Virus record (IMG/VR): IMGVR_UViG_3300029305_011823
Length of the DNA: 64,000 nt
Strand: one strand, 5' to 3'
DNA from: a virus
Lineage: Duplodnaviria > Caudoviricetes
This document shows, piece after piece, positions 1-11,700 of this stretch. A model generated the notes under the pieces. It did not search any database, was not told where the DNA came from, and was given only the letters and a program-made list of their open reading frames with translations. Every line of letters starts with the position of its first letter. The first letter of the stretch is position 1. The position numbers and the translations under genes are program-made.

Positions 1-792
1 TATATTACGCATTGTCTTCTTAAATCTAGGTTTAACTGTTGGATAATACTCATAAGCTCCAAACATTCCACCCATATCTTTAGCATGGAAGAATTCTTCT
101 TTACCACCATACTTATCAAACAATGCTTGTTTATATCTTTCAATTAAATCTTTTGCATCTTCATAATCTTCATAACGTTCATATATAGAACGTCCTAAAC
201 CATTTTTACCTCTATCTTTTAATCTCTTAACAAATTCAAAATAATCTTCTTTAGTTTCTATTAAACCTGGAATTGTTACTCCAACATCTTCTCTTAAATC
301 ATCTGGAATATCATTATCTTTCATATGATATGTTGAACCATTATATGCATTAACATAAACATTATTCATTATATCTTCAAAAGATGGTTTTGTAAATTCG
401 TTTACTAATTCACATTCTTCTTTCTCTCTTTCTAATAATGCTTTATATTTATCTAATGCTTTCTTATTAAATCCTGTTTGCATAACTGCTTTTGGTTTAC
501 TACTAACTCTGTTATTATCTATACATTCTTCTATAAATTCTATTGCATGATGTTTTTCCATATATCCGTATGATTGATTTAGATCAGAATTCTTAATCGG
601 ATTCTTTTCTTCATCATTTACTAATGTTATCTTAAATTTTGGATGCATTTCTTCTATAACATCTAAATGATAACTAAGATAATCATCATCAGATTTAAAT
701 TCATTATATAATTGATTTAATTTACTTCTATCCATTGGTTTTCTAATTCTTTCTATTGTATAATTATTAGAATTTTTATCAACATTTGCCAT
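1..792 (-). CDS. Hypothetical phage protein, 3' end runs off the window (starts MANVDKNSNNYTIERIRKP...)
   Basis: ATG at 792 with GGGAGG RBS and a 32-bp promoter motif at 829-859. The first ~140 codons translated by hand are open; continuation to the edge is assumed. Not in the ORF track. Confidence 0.75.
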   Translation of the reverse strand, partial: MANVDKNSNNYTIERIRKPMDRSKLNQLYNEFKSDDDYLSYHLDVIEEMHPKFKITLVNDEEKNPIKNSDLNQSYGYMEKHHAIEFIEECIDNNRVSSKPKAVMQTGFNKKALDKYKALLEREKEECELVNEFTKPSFEDIMNNVYVNAYNGSTYHMKDNDIPDDLREDVGVTIPGLIETKEDYFEFVKRLKDRGKNGLGRSIYERYEDYEDAKDLIERYKQALFDKYGGKEEFFHAKDMGGMFGAYEYYPTVKPRFKKTMRNI

Positions 793-828
793 ATTGAATA
801 CCTCCCTATTTTATTTTTCTTCATTACT

Positions 829-859
829 ATAATATATAATTGAAATAGTACCTTTTTAC
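829..859 (-). promoter_or_regulatory. Class-1 (putative early, virion-RNAP) promoter
   Basis: Matches the 32-bp motif TGTAA(AAAGG)-N-TTTCAATTATATATTAT found 9 times upstream of minus-strand units. Confidence 0.75.
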
Positions 860-917
860 GGTGGGCAAAAAATAATATGAAAAGGATCATACAATCCTCT
901 CCATATTATTTAGTTGT

Positions 918-2126
918 CTAAATTCTCTTATCGTCTTTTAATTGTACTATGACTTTTCTAAGCCATGTATCCATTTTATCTATTACCTTTAAATCAGATA
1001 ATTTAAATAATGAAAGCATTTCAACATCATGCTTTTCTGGTTCTCCACTTTCTATTTCATATTCTATATTTCCTGTATCTATTTTAACTAGATAGATAAC
1101 TCCTAAATGTTCTGAACTTATTTTATTATCGTTAGATTGTACTAAATATAAAGGTTCTATACTTATTATATCTTCAAGATCTATTGTTAATTCTTCTGTT
1201 AATTCTTTCTTTATGTTTTTATTTAAAATTGTTTGTAATCTATGTTTTGTATTTCCTTTTTCTAATTTACTAACATGACCTTGAACTAATGTTAATTTAT
1301 CTTTTAATCTTTCTCCTTTACATTTTAACACTATGAAACTATCTGTAAATACATCATATACTAAAGCTCCAACTACTAACTGTCTTACAAAATCTCCATT
1401 ATATTCAAGTTCATTTCTATTAGCAAATTGTGTCCCTACCTTTTTCAATACTTCTTTATCTATTTTAGTTACTTCATTTTCAGGTCTATAATCTGTATAA
1501 TATATTATCTCATCATAATATTCATATAAACCTTTTTCTTCAAATATCTTATGTCTGTTTTCTACAAACTCTGCAGTTCCTGGTTTATATTTATATATAG
1601 CTGCAACTAAAGGATCTATAGCATCTAAATCATTAGTTGTTTTAACTTCTGTTCCTACAGGAGTTTGATAAATACTTCCGTCCATTTTAACTAATTGACA
1701 TCCTGCTTCTTTTGCCATATTTTTTGTAAATTCATTTTCATATTCGTCTATGAAATATATATTTCTAATACCTACTTGTAATGTAAGTTTCATACAAGTT
1801 GCACAAGGATACGTATTAACATATAAACTAGCTCCTCTTAAATCTTCTCCCGTTTTCATTGCGTTTAAAATTGCATTCTGTTCAGCGTGTACAGCATAGC
1901 ACATATCCAACATTTGTCCTGAAGGTATGTTATGTGCACTTCTATAACATCTCTTACAATCATCACAACAATTTGGAAGACCACTAGGAGCACCATTATA
2001 TCCTGTAGATAATATTCTATTATCTTTCACTATAATTGCACCAACTTTTCTTCTGATACATGTACTTCTTAAAGAAGTTTGAACTGCAATATTCATATAA
2101 TATTCATGTATATCTAATCTATTCAT
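918..2126 (-). CDS. dCMP deaminase (ComEB-like) fused to a C-terminal NUDIX-like hydrolase
   Basis: N-terminal STCIRRKVGA, TGYNG, HAEQNA and PCATC zinc-deaminase motifs. C-terminal QGHV...KELTEEL...HLGVIY resembles a NUDIX box. Confidence 0.85.
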   Translation of the reverse strand: MNRLDIHEYYMNIAVQTSLRSTCIRRKVGAIIVKDNRILSTGYNGAPSGLPNCCDDCKRCYRSAHNIPSGQMLDMCYAVHAEQNAILNAMKTGEDLRGASLYVNTYPCATCMKLTLQVGIRNIYFIDEYENEFTKNMAKEAGCQLVKMDGSIYQTPVGTEVKTTNDLDAIDPLVAAIYKYKPGTAEFVENRHKIFEEKGLYEYYDEIIYYTDYRPENEVTKIDKEVLKKVGTQFANRNELEYNGDFVRQLVVGALVYDVFTDSFIVLKCKGERLKDKLTLVQGHVSKLEKGNTKHRLQTILNKNIKKELTEELTIDLEDIISIEPLYLVQSNDNKISSEHLGVIYLVKIDTGNIEYEIESGEPEKHDVEMLSLFKLSDLKVIDKMDTWLRKVIVQLKDDKRI

Positions 2127-2185
2127 AAAATCATTACCTCCATTTTTTATTTAAATTTCAACATATTTTGTTGTTACATAAAATA

Positions 2186-2752
2186 TTATTTTTCATTTAA
2201 TGTATCATAAGCAAGTTTATCTACTATTTGATTTCCTTCGAATATTAATTTAAATTCTTCTATATCAATGTCAAAATATTTATTGACAAATTTCTTATGC
2301 ATTTCAGGAATCTTACTTTCATTATTATGGGAATTTATATGACAAACATAGACTGGAATTGTAAGACTTAATAATAAGATATTTATATATGCAGATTTGA
2401 TCAGTTCTTGATTTTTTACTTTACCTGTTGTACTCATTAATACTTCATTGTCAGTTTTCTTTAACCAACCTTTCATCCATTCATTTAAAGTTTTCTCACA
2501 TAACTGAGAATCTGTTACTATCATAACTGATTCAGCATCAAATATTTCTGTAGAATTTTCTACTAAATATTTCGTACCTTTGTAAATTGCATACATTTCA
2601 GCATAATTATTTGTATGGTTTAATAAAAGTTTAGATTCTTTATGAATTAATTTGTTATTATAATAAATAGCAAATGCTGAAGCTGCATCAAATCCTTTTT
2701 CATTATTAGCACTTATAGAACTTCCATCTGTAGTTATTATAATTTTTCCCAT
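2186..2752 (-). CDS. rnhA: Ribonuclease HI
   Basis: TDGS, TNNYAEMYA, TDSQ, VKNQELI, HINSH and GNQIVDKLA RNase H motifs. Confidence 0.9.
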   Translation of the reverse strand: MGKIIITTDGSSISANNEKGFDAASAFAIYYNNKLIHKESKLLLNHTNNYAEMYAIYKGTKYLVENSTEIFDAESVMIVTDSQLCEKTLNEWMKGWLKKTDNEVLMSTTGKVKNQELIKSAYINILLLSLTIPVYVCHINSHNNESKIPEMHKKFVNKYFDIDIEEFKLIFEGNQIVDKLAYDTLNEK

Positions 2753-2785
2753 ATAAATACCTCCTAAAATTTATTATTCATTTAC

Positions 2786-2817
2786 ATAATATATAATTGA
2801 TTTGATACCTTTTTACA
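2786..2817 (-). promoter_or_regulatory. Class-1 (putative early) promoter
   Basis: 32-bp motif copy upstream of rnhA. Confidence 0.75.
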
Positions 2818-2830
2818 CAAACATTACTAT

Positions 2831-2978
2831 AAGTAGTCATAGGACTACGCTAAGATCTCTCTGAGATCATTAGAATTTTACCTCCAATAAAATTTGATAA
2901 AATATATTTTTTATTTAGTTTTCAAGTACGGAAAAATAGATGTATATAGTGATATGACTTCACTATATACATCTATTT
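2831..2978 (+). ncRNA. Candidate small RNA with three hairpins and a loop-displayed anti-SD (CCUCC)
   Basis: AACA-TTACTA-TA at 2820-2831; hairpins gtagtc/gactac, gatctc/gagatc and aatttta-[cctccaa]-taaaatt; ends at the 2934-2978 inverted repeat. Confidence 0.5.
2934..2978. terminator. Bidirectional intrinsic terminator
   Basis: Perfect 19-bp inverted repeat aaatagatgtatatagtga/tcactatatacatctattt flanked by A- and T-runs. Confidence 0.8.
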
Positions 2979-3255
2979 ATCTTTTGTTTAGTCTCACATG
3001 CGTATATATCTTATCCACATTGATATAAAAACGTTGGCTTTTTCTACACCAACTCTACACACGATCGACAACATCGCTAATCTCTGCAAAAGCATACGAT
3101 GCATTATGTTATCAGCTGTATAACATAACTAGTTGATGGATTGAATTATCTGGCTCCCTTGTGGTGGAAATCATCTGTACCTGTGGCTACCTAAGGCTTT
3201 CGAACAGTGTTGCAGACACTGAACTGGCACGCTTCTCTGTCCCTTCCATCTCCCT
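2934..3255 (-). ncRNA. Candidate ~300-nt structured ncRNA
   Basis: Markedly GC-richer than the flanks with no ORF-track gene; AACA-ACTAAT-TA at 3266-3255; hairpins cagtgt/acactg, ttatgtta/taacataa, gttgg/ccaac and tatatc/gatata; ends at the terminator. Confidence 0.6.
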
Positions 3256-3281
3256 AATTAGTTGTTATACTATATGAAATT

Positions 3282-3779
3282 TTATTTTCTAAAATTATTT
3301 TTACTATTTTTCATTTTATGTTTTTTATTCATTCTTTTCATTTTATTGTCAGTATATTTTTGTACTTTAACAGATGTCATTAATACATCACTATCTTCAC
3401 AATAACAAGAATGTTCTATTGAGGCAGTTCTCATGTCATTTAATATTTGCAACCCCAAATACATCGAATCTGATTTTATATCTGGCATAACATCTCCTGT
3501 TATATAATTTAGAATTTCATCTCGAAATTCATTTTCATATTCTATTAATAACATATTTATACCCTCTTCTGATATGAACGTCTCATCCTCAATAGTCATT
3601 AAATAATAACCGTTTATATATTCATCTTCATTTATTCTTAATATATCAAGTACATTTCTTAATTCATACCATTTATAACCTAGCTCATCAGTAAATACAG
3701 GTGAATTTACTTCAAATAAACAATATAATTCATTTAGTAGAGTCTCTAGTGTACAGTATTTATTGTTTGAATTGTACAT
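3282..3779 (-). CDS. BRO-N-like DNA-binding protein (tentative)
   Basis: KWYELRNVLDILRI...FISEEGINMLL resembles the BRO N-terminal pattern. Confidence 0.5.
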   Translation of the reverse strand: MYNSNNKYCTLETLLNELYCLFEVNSPVFTDELGYKWYELRNVLDILRINEDEYINGYYLMTIEDETFISEEGINMLLIEYENEFRDEILNYITGDVMPDIKSDSMYLGLQILNDMRTASIEHSCYCEDSDVLMTSVKVQKYTDNKMKRMNKKHKMKNSKNNFRK

Positions 3780-4092
3780 TATATAAGCACCCCACTTTCT
3801 CTATTCTATCTTTAACAAACTCAACAAATTCATCAGTTATCTCAAATACGAAATATTGTCTCCCGTTCTTGTAATCAAAATATTCTCTGAAATACTTTGG
3901 ATATAAATCATTAAAGTGTTCACGTTTGAAATCTATATGTACACATAATTTACCCATTTTACAAGTAGTATTAGGATTTTCTTCGACTGCCAATATCTGC
4001 ATTGCTTTTAACATATAAGTAATACGACCCTTATCAGCATTCACTAATTCTCCTATCATACTATACGGATAGTATCTTACTTCTTCTTCCAT
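3760..4092 (-). CDS. Hypothetical protein
   Basis: ORF with AAGGAG RBS and AACA-N6-TA at 4116-4127. Confidence 0.75.
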   Translation of the reverse strand: MEEEVRYYPYSMIGELVNADKGRITYMLKAMQILAVEENPNTTCKMGKLCVHIDFKREHFNDLYPKYFREYFDYKNGRQYFVFEITDEFVEFVKDRIEKVGCLYNVQFKQ

Positions 4093-4137
4093 TTTTCTAC
4101 GCTCCTTTCGTGTTTTAACTATTTGTTTAATAATGAA

Positions 4138-4830
4138 TTATTTTGGATCTGAAACGATTCTCTTCATGAATTCTTCTTGACCTAATAGAGATAAAGGTCT
4201 AAATCCATCTACATCTACATATGTAAACTTAGTTTCTAATAACGAATAGTCTTGACATTCTTTAGAGAATTTAACGATAGATTTTAATTTATCTTTCATA
4301 TCTTGAGGCATATAAGGTTCATACTCTTTATAGAATGTTAACCAATCTCCACGTACATTTTGTACAGGTATAAATAGCATACCTTCATGTACTAACTTAT
4401 GTACTGTAGTAGATAACGGTATTAATCCTACTCTACATTGATAATGTAGTTTCATAACCTCTTCACATACTTCAAATAGATTTATTTCTCCATAATAATC
4501 AAGATGTTTAAGTAATACAGTCATTGTAATATCATATAAAGTAAATGGTGAATGGTGTATCTCAACTTTAAATTTAGAATAATGGTCCATTTTAGAATTT
4601 CCAAAGAAACTACATTTAGTCATATCTATGTATTCTTTTAGATATTTAATATACTCTTTATATTCTAAGCTAGAACGTATCATTCTCTCACATGTTTTAA
4701 CTGTTTTTACTTTATCCTTTTCAGATACTATATTGTAAATCATCTCAACATCTGGAACGTTGTTAATATTGACTTCCTCTATAAGTCTATCGTTTTTATA
4801 ACTTTCTATTTGTTTTGGAACTAATCTCAT
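4138..4830 (-). CDS. Hypothetical protein with His-rich HNH-like motif
   Basis: VEIHHSPFTL...LIPLSTTVHKLVH; RBS; TACA-N6-TA at 4847-4858. Confidence 0.65.
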   Translation of the reverse strand: MRLVPKQIESYKNDRLIEEVNINNVPDVEMIYNIVSEKDKVKTVKTCERMIRSSLEYKEYIKYLKEYIDMTKCSFFGNSKMDHYSKFKVEIHHSPFTLYDITMTVLLKHLDYYGEINLFEVCEEVMKLHYQCRVGLIPLSTTVHKLVHEGMLFIPVQNVRGDWLTFYKEYEPYMPQDMKDKLKSIVKFSKECQDYSLLETKFTYVDVDGFRPLSLLGQEEFMKRIVSDPK

Positions 4831-4894
4831 CTTATCACTCTCCTTTTATAAAATTGTAGGTAAGAAAAAAAGATATAACCCGAAGGTTATATCT

Positions 4895-5407
4895 TTAAAA
4901 TAACCCAGCTTCAGGCTGGTAAGTTGATAGGAATCTATTTAAACACTCAGGAACATCTAAAACTGATGCATATATAGAATCTAAAATATCATCACTACCA
5001 TATTTATTTTCCATATGCATTCCATATGATGTTTCATATAAGGTTTCATGTAAGAATCCTAAACCTTCTGATATTATATCTTGTTCAGTTTCATTAAATT
5101 TAAAATATTCAACATCTCTTGATAATGTATCTATAAGCATTGTTAGTTGATTATATTCTGCTGTTAGATATTGCATAAAATCTGTAATCATTTTTGGAGT
5201 TAGATAATGTCCTCCAGAATATTTTATCTCGTAATCTGCTGATAAGTTATCATAGAAACTATCTATAACAACATTACCGCCTTTACAGAAATGATAATGT
5301 TCTTCTCTAAATCCATTTATCATATCCTGATCTTTTGTAACCCCTACTATAAAAGGACCTGGGTCTGTATCATTATAACCATATATTATACAATATTCTT
5401 GCTCCAT
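4895..5407 (-). CDS. Hypothetical protein
   Basis: GGAGG RBS; terminator hairpin (UUCG loop on the minus strand) at ~4872-4893. Confidence 0.75.
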   Translation of the reverse strand: MEQEYCIIYGYNDTDPGPFIVGVTKDQDMINGFREEHYHFCKGGNVVIDSFYDNLSADYEIKYSGGHYLTPKMITDFMQYLTAEYNQLTMLIDTLSRDVEYFKFNETEQDIISEGLGFLHETLYETSYGMHMENKYGSDDILDSIYASVLDVPECLNRFLSTYQPEAGLF

Positions 5408-5420
5408 ATTTTACCCCTCC

Positions 5421-5654
5421 TTAGAATCTACTTATTTTTTCTATTTGATCTACATCTATATGATTATCTAATTGACTTACATTAGATCTTTTTATCTGTT
5501 CTATTTTTTCTACTATGACATATATACTTTCTAAAACTTTATCTCTTTCATCTGGTGAAAGATTCATTGTATCTAATAATTCATATAATTTTTGATTAGA
5601 AGATTCTACTGAATTCACTATATCAGCTATTAAATATAAAGTTGATTTTTTCAT
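5421..5654 (-). CDS. Hypothetical protein (likely start MKKSTL)
   Basis: GAGGAGG RBS before ATG at 5654; the longer ORF-track start overlaps the promoter. Confidence 0.7.
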   Translation of the reverse strand: MKKSTLYLIADIVNSVESSNQKLYELLDTMNLSPDERDKVLESIYVIVEKIEQIKRSNVSQLDNHIDVDQIEKISRF

Positions 5655-5695
5655 ATTTATTACCTCCTCTAAATTAACTACTTGTATTCGACGAT

Positions 5696-5727
5696 ATAAT
5701 ATATAATTGAAATTCTCATGTTTTACA
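5696..5727 (-). promoter_or_regulatory. Class-1 (putative early) promoter
   Basis: 32-bp motif copy. Confidence 0.7.
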
Positions 5728-5775
5728 AAGATAAAATACATAGAGGAAAAAGTCCTCTATGTATTTTAAAAAATA

Positions 5776-8700
5776 TTATTCTCCATATATTGGTTGGTCT
5801 GCAGTCCATGCAGTATTTGCTGCCTGTGCAGTAGCGTAGTTTGTTAATTTAGTACAACCTCTAAGTGCTCCTGCGAATCCGTTAGAGTCTGCTCCACCCA
5901 TAGCGGTGAATTTAGCACCATTCCAGAATTCAGGTGCAGTACCTTCAAGAGATGAACAACCGTAGAACATACCATAAATATTTTTAAGCTTAGTATTTCT
6001 ACCTCCACCATTTAAGAAGTTAGGTCCTATACTACTAACTTTTGAGAATGCAAACATTTGAGCTGCACTTGTTATAGTATTTATTGAGTTAGCAAATAAT
6101 AATGGAGAAACTGCTCCAGTAACATTTGTACATCTGAATAAACAAGAAATATTTGTAACTTTATTTTGTTTACTAAACATTTGTGGATGTATATTCGCAG
6201 TACTTGGTATACCAGGCATTGCACGGAATATTGATGAACAGTTAACAAGTTCTGGACACTTATCAAATAACATTGGACTACATATATAATCTATACCAGT
6301 CTCAGTTTCATGATAAAGTTCAGAAATTTTTTCACAGTCATAGAATAATCTTGAAACATCTTGTAATTTAGTATATTTAATATTGTTATTTTCTGTAAAT
6401 AATAAATCGTGTGGTATACCACCAGTTATTTTCTTACATGCATAGAACATACTTGCTATTGAAGTTAATTGGATACAGTTTGCAAGTAATCCTGGAACGA
6501 CAACTTCAGTTTTTGGTCCTACCTTAGGTAATACGTAATAATTACCACTTGCGTTGATTATAGTTGCTAAGTTTGGTGATAATGTAACAACGTCTGAATA
6601 AGCAACTTGTGTGAATGGGTCTTCCATTACTTCAACAACTTGCATAGCTCCTTCAGTTCCTTTAGCTACAAGTTCGTATTCTACTATACCTTCAACTTCG
6701 TTATATTGTCCAACAGGTATAGGTTGATCTAATCCTTCACAACTTGCAAACATACTTGCTGTAGTAGTGATAGTTTTTCTACACGCATCAAATAATCCTA
6801 GAGGAATAGATCCTACAATATTTTTACAACCGTTAAATAGATTATCAGTTCTTTGTAAACTAGCACAGCCTTCTAACATATCATCAGGTATTTGTCCTGT
6901 GTATAAACTACAACCTTGCATAAATCCTGCCACGTTAGTTAACGCTATACCATTTTTAAACCATTCTGCACATATACCAGTTTGCACATCATTATCGCTA
7001 GTAGCATCTAAATTTACACCTGTTAATAATGAACAGTTAAGGAACATATATGAAACGTTCTTTAGTAACGATTTAGAATTTACAAGTAAATTTCTAGGAA
7101 TATGTCCTTCAATACTACTACATCCAGCGAACATGTAATATGTATCAGATAAAAGTTTATTTTCTATAAATAAGTCTTCACTTATACCATTATTACGAGT
7201 TTCAACTTGTGAACCTTTATAGTAATGACAATCTTTAAGAGAAGTACAGTTTCTAAACATTCCTGAAACATTTTGCACTTTAGGAACAACGTTTAAGAAT
7301 GTTTCATGATAACCAGTTATTTGAGTTCCTTCAAATATACCTCTAGATGTATATCTAGTAGTTCCCATATAAGTATTATCCTCATGGTCCATACCTATAT
7401 TTAGTAAGTTTTCAGCTCCTAAGAAGAAAGTTGACTCAACAATACCTTCCATTGATGTACAGTTACCAAACACACCTACAGCTTTTGTTAAATTAGGGAA
7501 TTTAGCAGTACCTCCTAATTTGTTAAATAAACTTGCTGGTAATTTTGGTAATTTACTACAGTTTTGGAACATACCATTTATCTTAACAAGTTTAGTATTT
7601 GTTGATAAGAATCCATCAGGTATTTCACAGTTAAGGTTATTAGAACAACCAAAGAACATAAAACTAGCATCAGTTAAATAAGTTAACGGTTTCATCATTT
7701 CTCCTAATCCAAGTTCTTCAGAAACTGCTAAGTTAGTACAATTGTTGAACATTTGTTTTGTTGAAGTAATATTATAACTTCCAATAAATATATCAGGACT
7801 TTCATTTATATAATCAGTAAGACTTCCGTCAGATGCAAACATTTGAGATACAGTAGTTAAATTAGGTTTATTATGTAATAAACTTGCTCCTACTGTTGTT
7901 AAATTTCTCATTCTACCGAATGTATTATTACAGTTAGTTAGTGTTGCACCGCATGGGTCAAATAAATCTCCAGGAACTGTTGTGTATCCAGTTATATCGA
8001 AGAATCCTGAAACGTTTTGTAATTTAGTATTCATAGCAAATAAATCCGATGGTATTGTTCTAGTAGTATCTTCTGCAGTACCTAATATAGTTTCATAACC
8101 GTCAAGACCTGCCATATGACACATACCTGTCGCACTAGTTAATGATTCACCACATGCATATAGTATTTTCTTAAGCATAGGTGTTTTCATACGGAAACAT
8201 CTATCACATGTACTATTAGCACTAGTTACACCAGTAAAGTTTAAAGATAAACCATCTATGTCTGATAAAACGAAACATTGTTGGAACATAGAATTTATAC
8301 TAGTATTTCCGTTAGTTAATACACCTGTTATCTTAGTAAGACCTCTACAGTTATAGAATAATGATGCTAAAGGACCAGTATAATTGATATTTCTTATTTC
8401 TGTAAAATAAGTACAGTTACTTAGTTTAAGTGTAGTAAGTTTTTTCAATTGACTCATGTCTAATACAACATCGTCGACATCAGCTGATCCATATTGTATT
8501 TTTCGTATACTTGAAGTCGATGCATCTAAGTAAGTTAAATTATCCCATAATTTAGCATTAGGATCACCATTTACAGCTTTGAATGCTTCTTCTTCATTTA
8601 AATATTTAGGTAATCTTAATGTATGAACAGTATCTGTTTGTGATATTATAAGTTTATTTAATTTATACATTGAGTATAATTTAAGGTCATTCATTACAGG

Positions 8701-11700
8701 ACTTGTATTTCCTGACATATTTAATGTTACTATATTATAACTGTTAGTAACGTCGAATCCAGCTATTGATTTACAACCAGATAAGTTTACTTCTGTAACA
8801 TTTTCACAGTTAGTTACTATGAAGTTTTGTATTGTTGAGTTAGCAACGTCAACAACTGCTATTCTGTTACATCTATTAAGTTCAAATTTATTAATATTTT
8901 CACAGTTTGTTATTTTTATGTCATCTAGGAATTCTGCACCGTCTATAGATACGTTTTTAATACTACTACTAGTTAAGTTTATAGAGTTAAGAACTGTATC
9001 TGTTGGGAACATTACCCCTGTAAATTTAGTGTAAGATAAATCAACTGTTTTTAAGTTAACACAGTTCGATAAATCTAGAGTTTGTGATTCTGTTGCTGTA
9101 CCTAATCTGTATGAGTTAGTACAGTTAAGATGTCTTAAGTATTTATTGTTACCTATTTTTAGACCTTCCATACGGTTTGAATATGAAACGTCTAGTTCAA
9201 GTAATTTAAGTGCTTTTTCTATTCTGGCTTCAGTTAAGTTAAGTGTTTGTAATCTATTAATTTGCTTAATATTGCCTGCTCCAGTTATACCCATCTCTTT
9301 ATTTATACCTTTTATAGGGAATGAGAATAATGCACCTTCATACTCTATTCCAGTATCAGGGTCTTTATATCTAGATTCAGGTCCAACATATCCAGTAACT
9401 TTACCGTCAGCTCCAGAACCGATAGTTATTGTTACATACTGTGGAGAATAAACACTTACACCAACATAACAACGTAAAGTTGTTCCTTCCCCTTGTCCGT
9501 AAGCAGCATCTGAACGTAATCCTATATAACTATTTAAAGTATCAGGTTGTGCTGCTGATTCTTCGTATCCAAATACTGTGTCTAAGAATATTAATCTCTC
9601 TTTTAAGAATTTTTTATATTTTTGTGCTCTATTACCATGAAGCATTTGTAAGTAAGTAGAGTCGGATGCTGTTGTTTGAGATAAATATTTAGATGCAGCA
9701 TCTTTATTGAAATAAATTTTTCCTATCTTGTCATCAGTGTCAGCTGAAATAGCTTTGAATATATTATCAACGTCATATACTTTAGCATTTCTTAATGTAG
9801 TATATGCTTTTTTTATTTCTTCTTTAAATTCAGTTCCGAATGCATTCCATAATTTACTAGTTCTAGTATTATAGTTCATATATCTTAAATCTGTTGTAGT
9901 ATCTGTATAACTATATCCTATAAAGTTTTTATCCCCATCCAATAAAGTTGGAGATAATGAAGGTATTATTTCTGAGTCAACACGGATTATCTCAGTACCT
10001 GTATTTGATAATCCCATTTGTGTATCCATATCGTATGGTCTAGGGTAGAATTTAACTCCATCCCATGTATCCCACATACTATTTTTCATTCTGTTACTTT
10101 CATTATTCATAAATTACTGACCATATATTAATATGGCGGGAAAGGTTCTTCTTAAATCAGTCTGGTTACTGATGACCTCTCCTCTCTAGTTTCATTGTTA
10201 GATTATATCTAGAGATCAGACTGTTGCATACTTGAAAGTTCAAGCCTTACTCGCTCAGTCGTTGTTGGTGATTATAATCATATCATTTCCCAATGCAATT
10301 GTACCAATTCTCCATTTATCAATATTTCTCCATACCAATCATGACCTTTTATCAATTCATGATTGAGATGCTTTGTAAAGGTTTTTTTATTAAATTCTAT
10401 ACCAAACTCCTCTTTCATACACTCTAAAGCTTTTCGTTTACTTGGAAATACCCTATCAAGTTCAATACAACGTACATGTGTACCTTGTGTATAACTACTT
10501 TTAGAATATTGTATTTCTATAGATTCTTTGCTTCTATTAGGTTCCTTACGATTTCTACAAGCTTCTTTCATTCGTGCTTTTTGTTCAGGAGTTCTTTTCT
10601 TTCCAATGTTCTTTAGTCTTCTCTTCTCAATAGTTTCTTGTGATTGTTTCATAGAAAATCCACTAGTTCCTTCACCACCCCATGTGCAATTAGTCAAATA
10701 ATTATCATTACTTTTATCATTGAAACCATGAATATCTATACTATAACCTTCATTAAATACCAAATCATGTATAGTTTGCATTTCTAGTTCCAACGCCTCA
10801 CGCTCAGTTAAATTATTATATATTATCTCAACTACACAATCAACAGAATTTATTATATTCATAAAATGATCATTTCTACTATCCAATCTAAGATATCTAT
10901 TATTTTTACCTTTACCTATATAAAATATACTTCCGTTATCTAAACGAATGTATTGATATACGTAATAACATTTTTCCATTCACATCACTCCATTAGTTTA
11001 ATAATAGAGAATTGTTTTATCAATTATAATCTTCCAAGGCGTTGTCCTTCTCAGGAGTTTCGCCGTATATCAGAGTAAGTTTTTATACTGAGGCATAAAC
11101 TTTACCACAGTTATCTACTTGTGTAAATACGTGCATTTGTAGATAATAAGCTATCATGTATGTTAAATCAAGATGTTTTTCTAAGTCGTCCTTAAATGTA
11201 CCATTATCTATTGAGTTACTTACCCAGTTAACTAATTCAATCATTGGTTTATAAGTAGCTTCTTCGTCATCTTCACAATAACTATATCTAGCTTCAAAGT
11301 CTGACATTATATAATCAGTTTCACTATAGTCAGCAGAGAATTCTTCGAATGTCATATATTCTTCTATAGTTCCATCATTTATTCCTGCTTTAAATTGATC
11401 CATAGTACATTTTTCAGAAGTAAGACCATATTTTTCTAAATATTCTTTATAAGAGTCTTCTAAATAATAATTATAAACGTTTACTATAGATTCAGATAAT
11501 TTATAGAAACATCCAGCTGTGTCACTTGCATTGGCAGTTGCTTCATATGAAATACAACTATTTTTACCATTACCGATTAAATCACCGATTTCATCATATA
11601 AATCACATTCGAATCCTAATTCTTTACCCTCTTTATCTATATTAAACATAAATGAACCTACTAATATATTTTCAGCTGGTTTACCATCAGCATCTACTCC

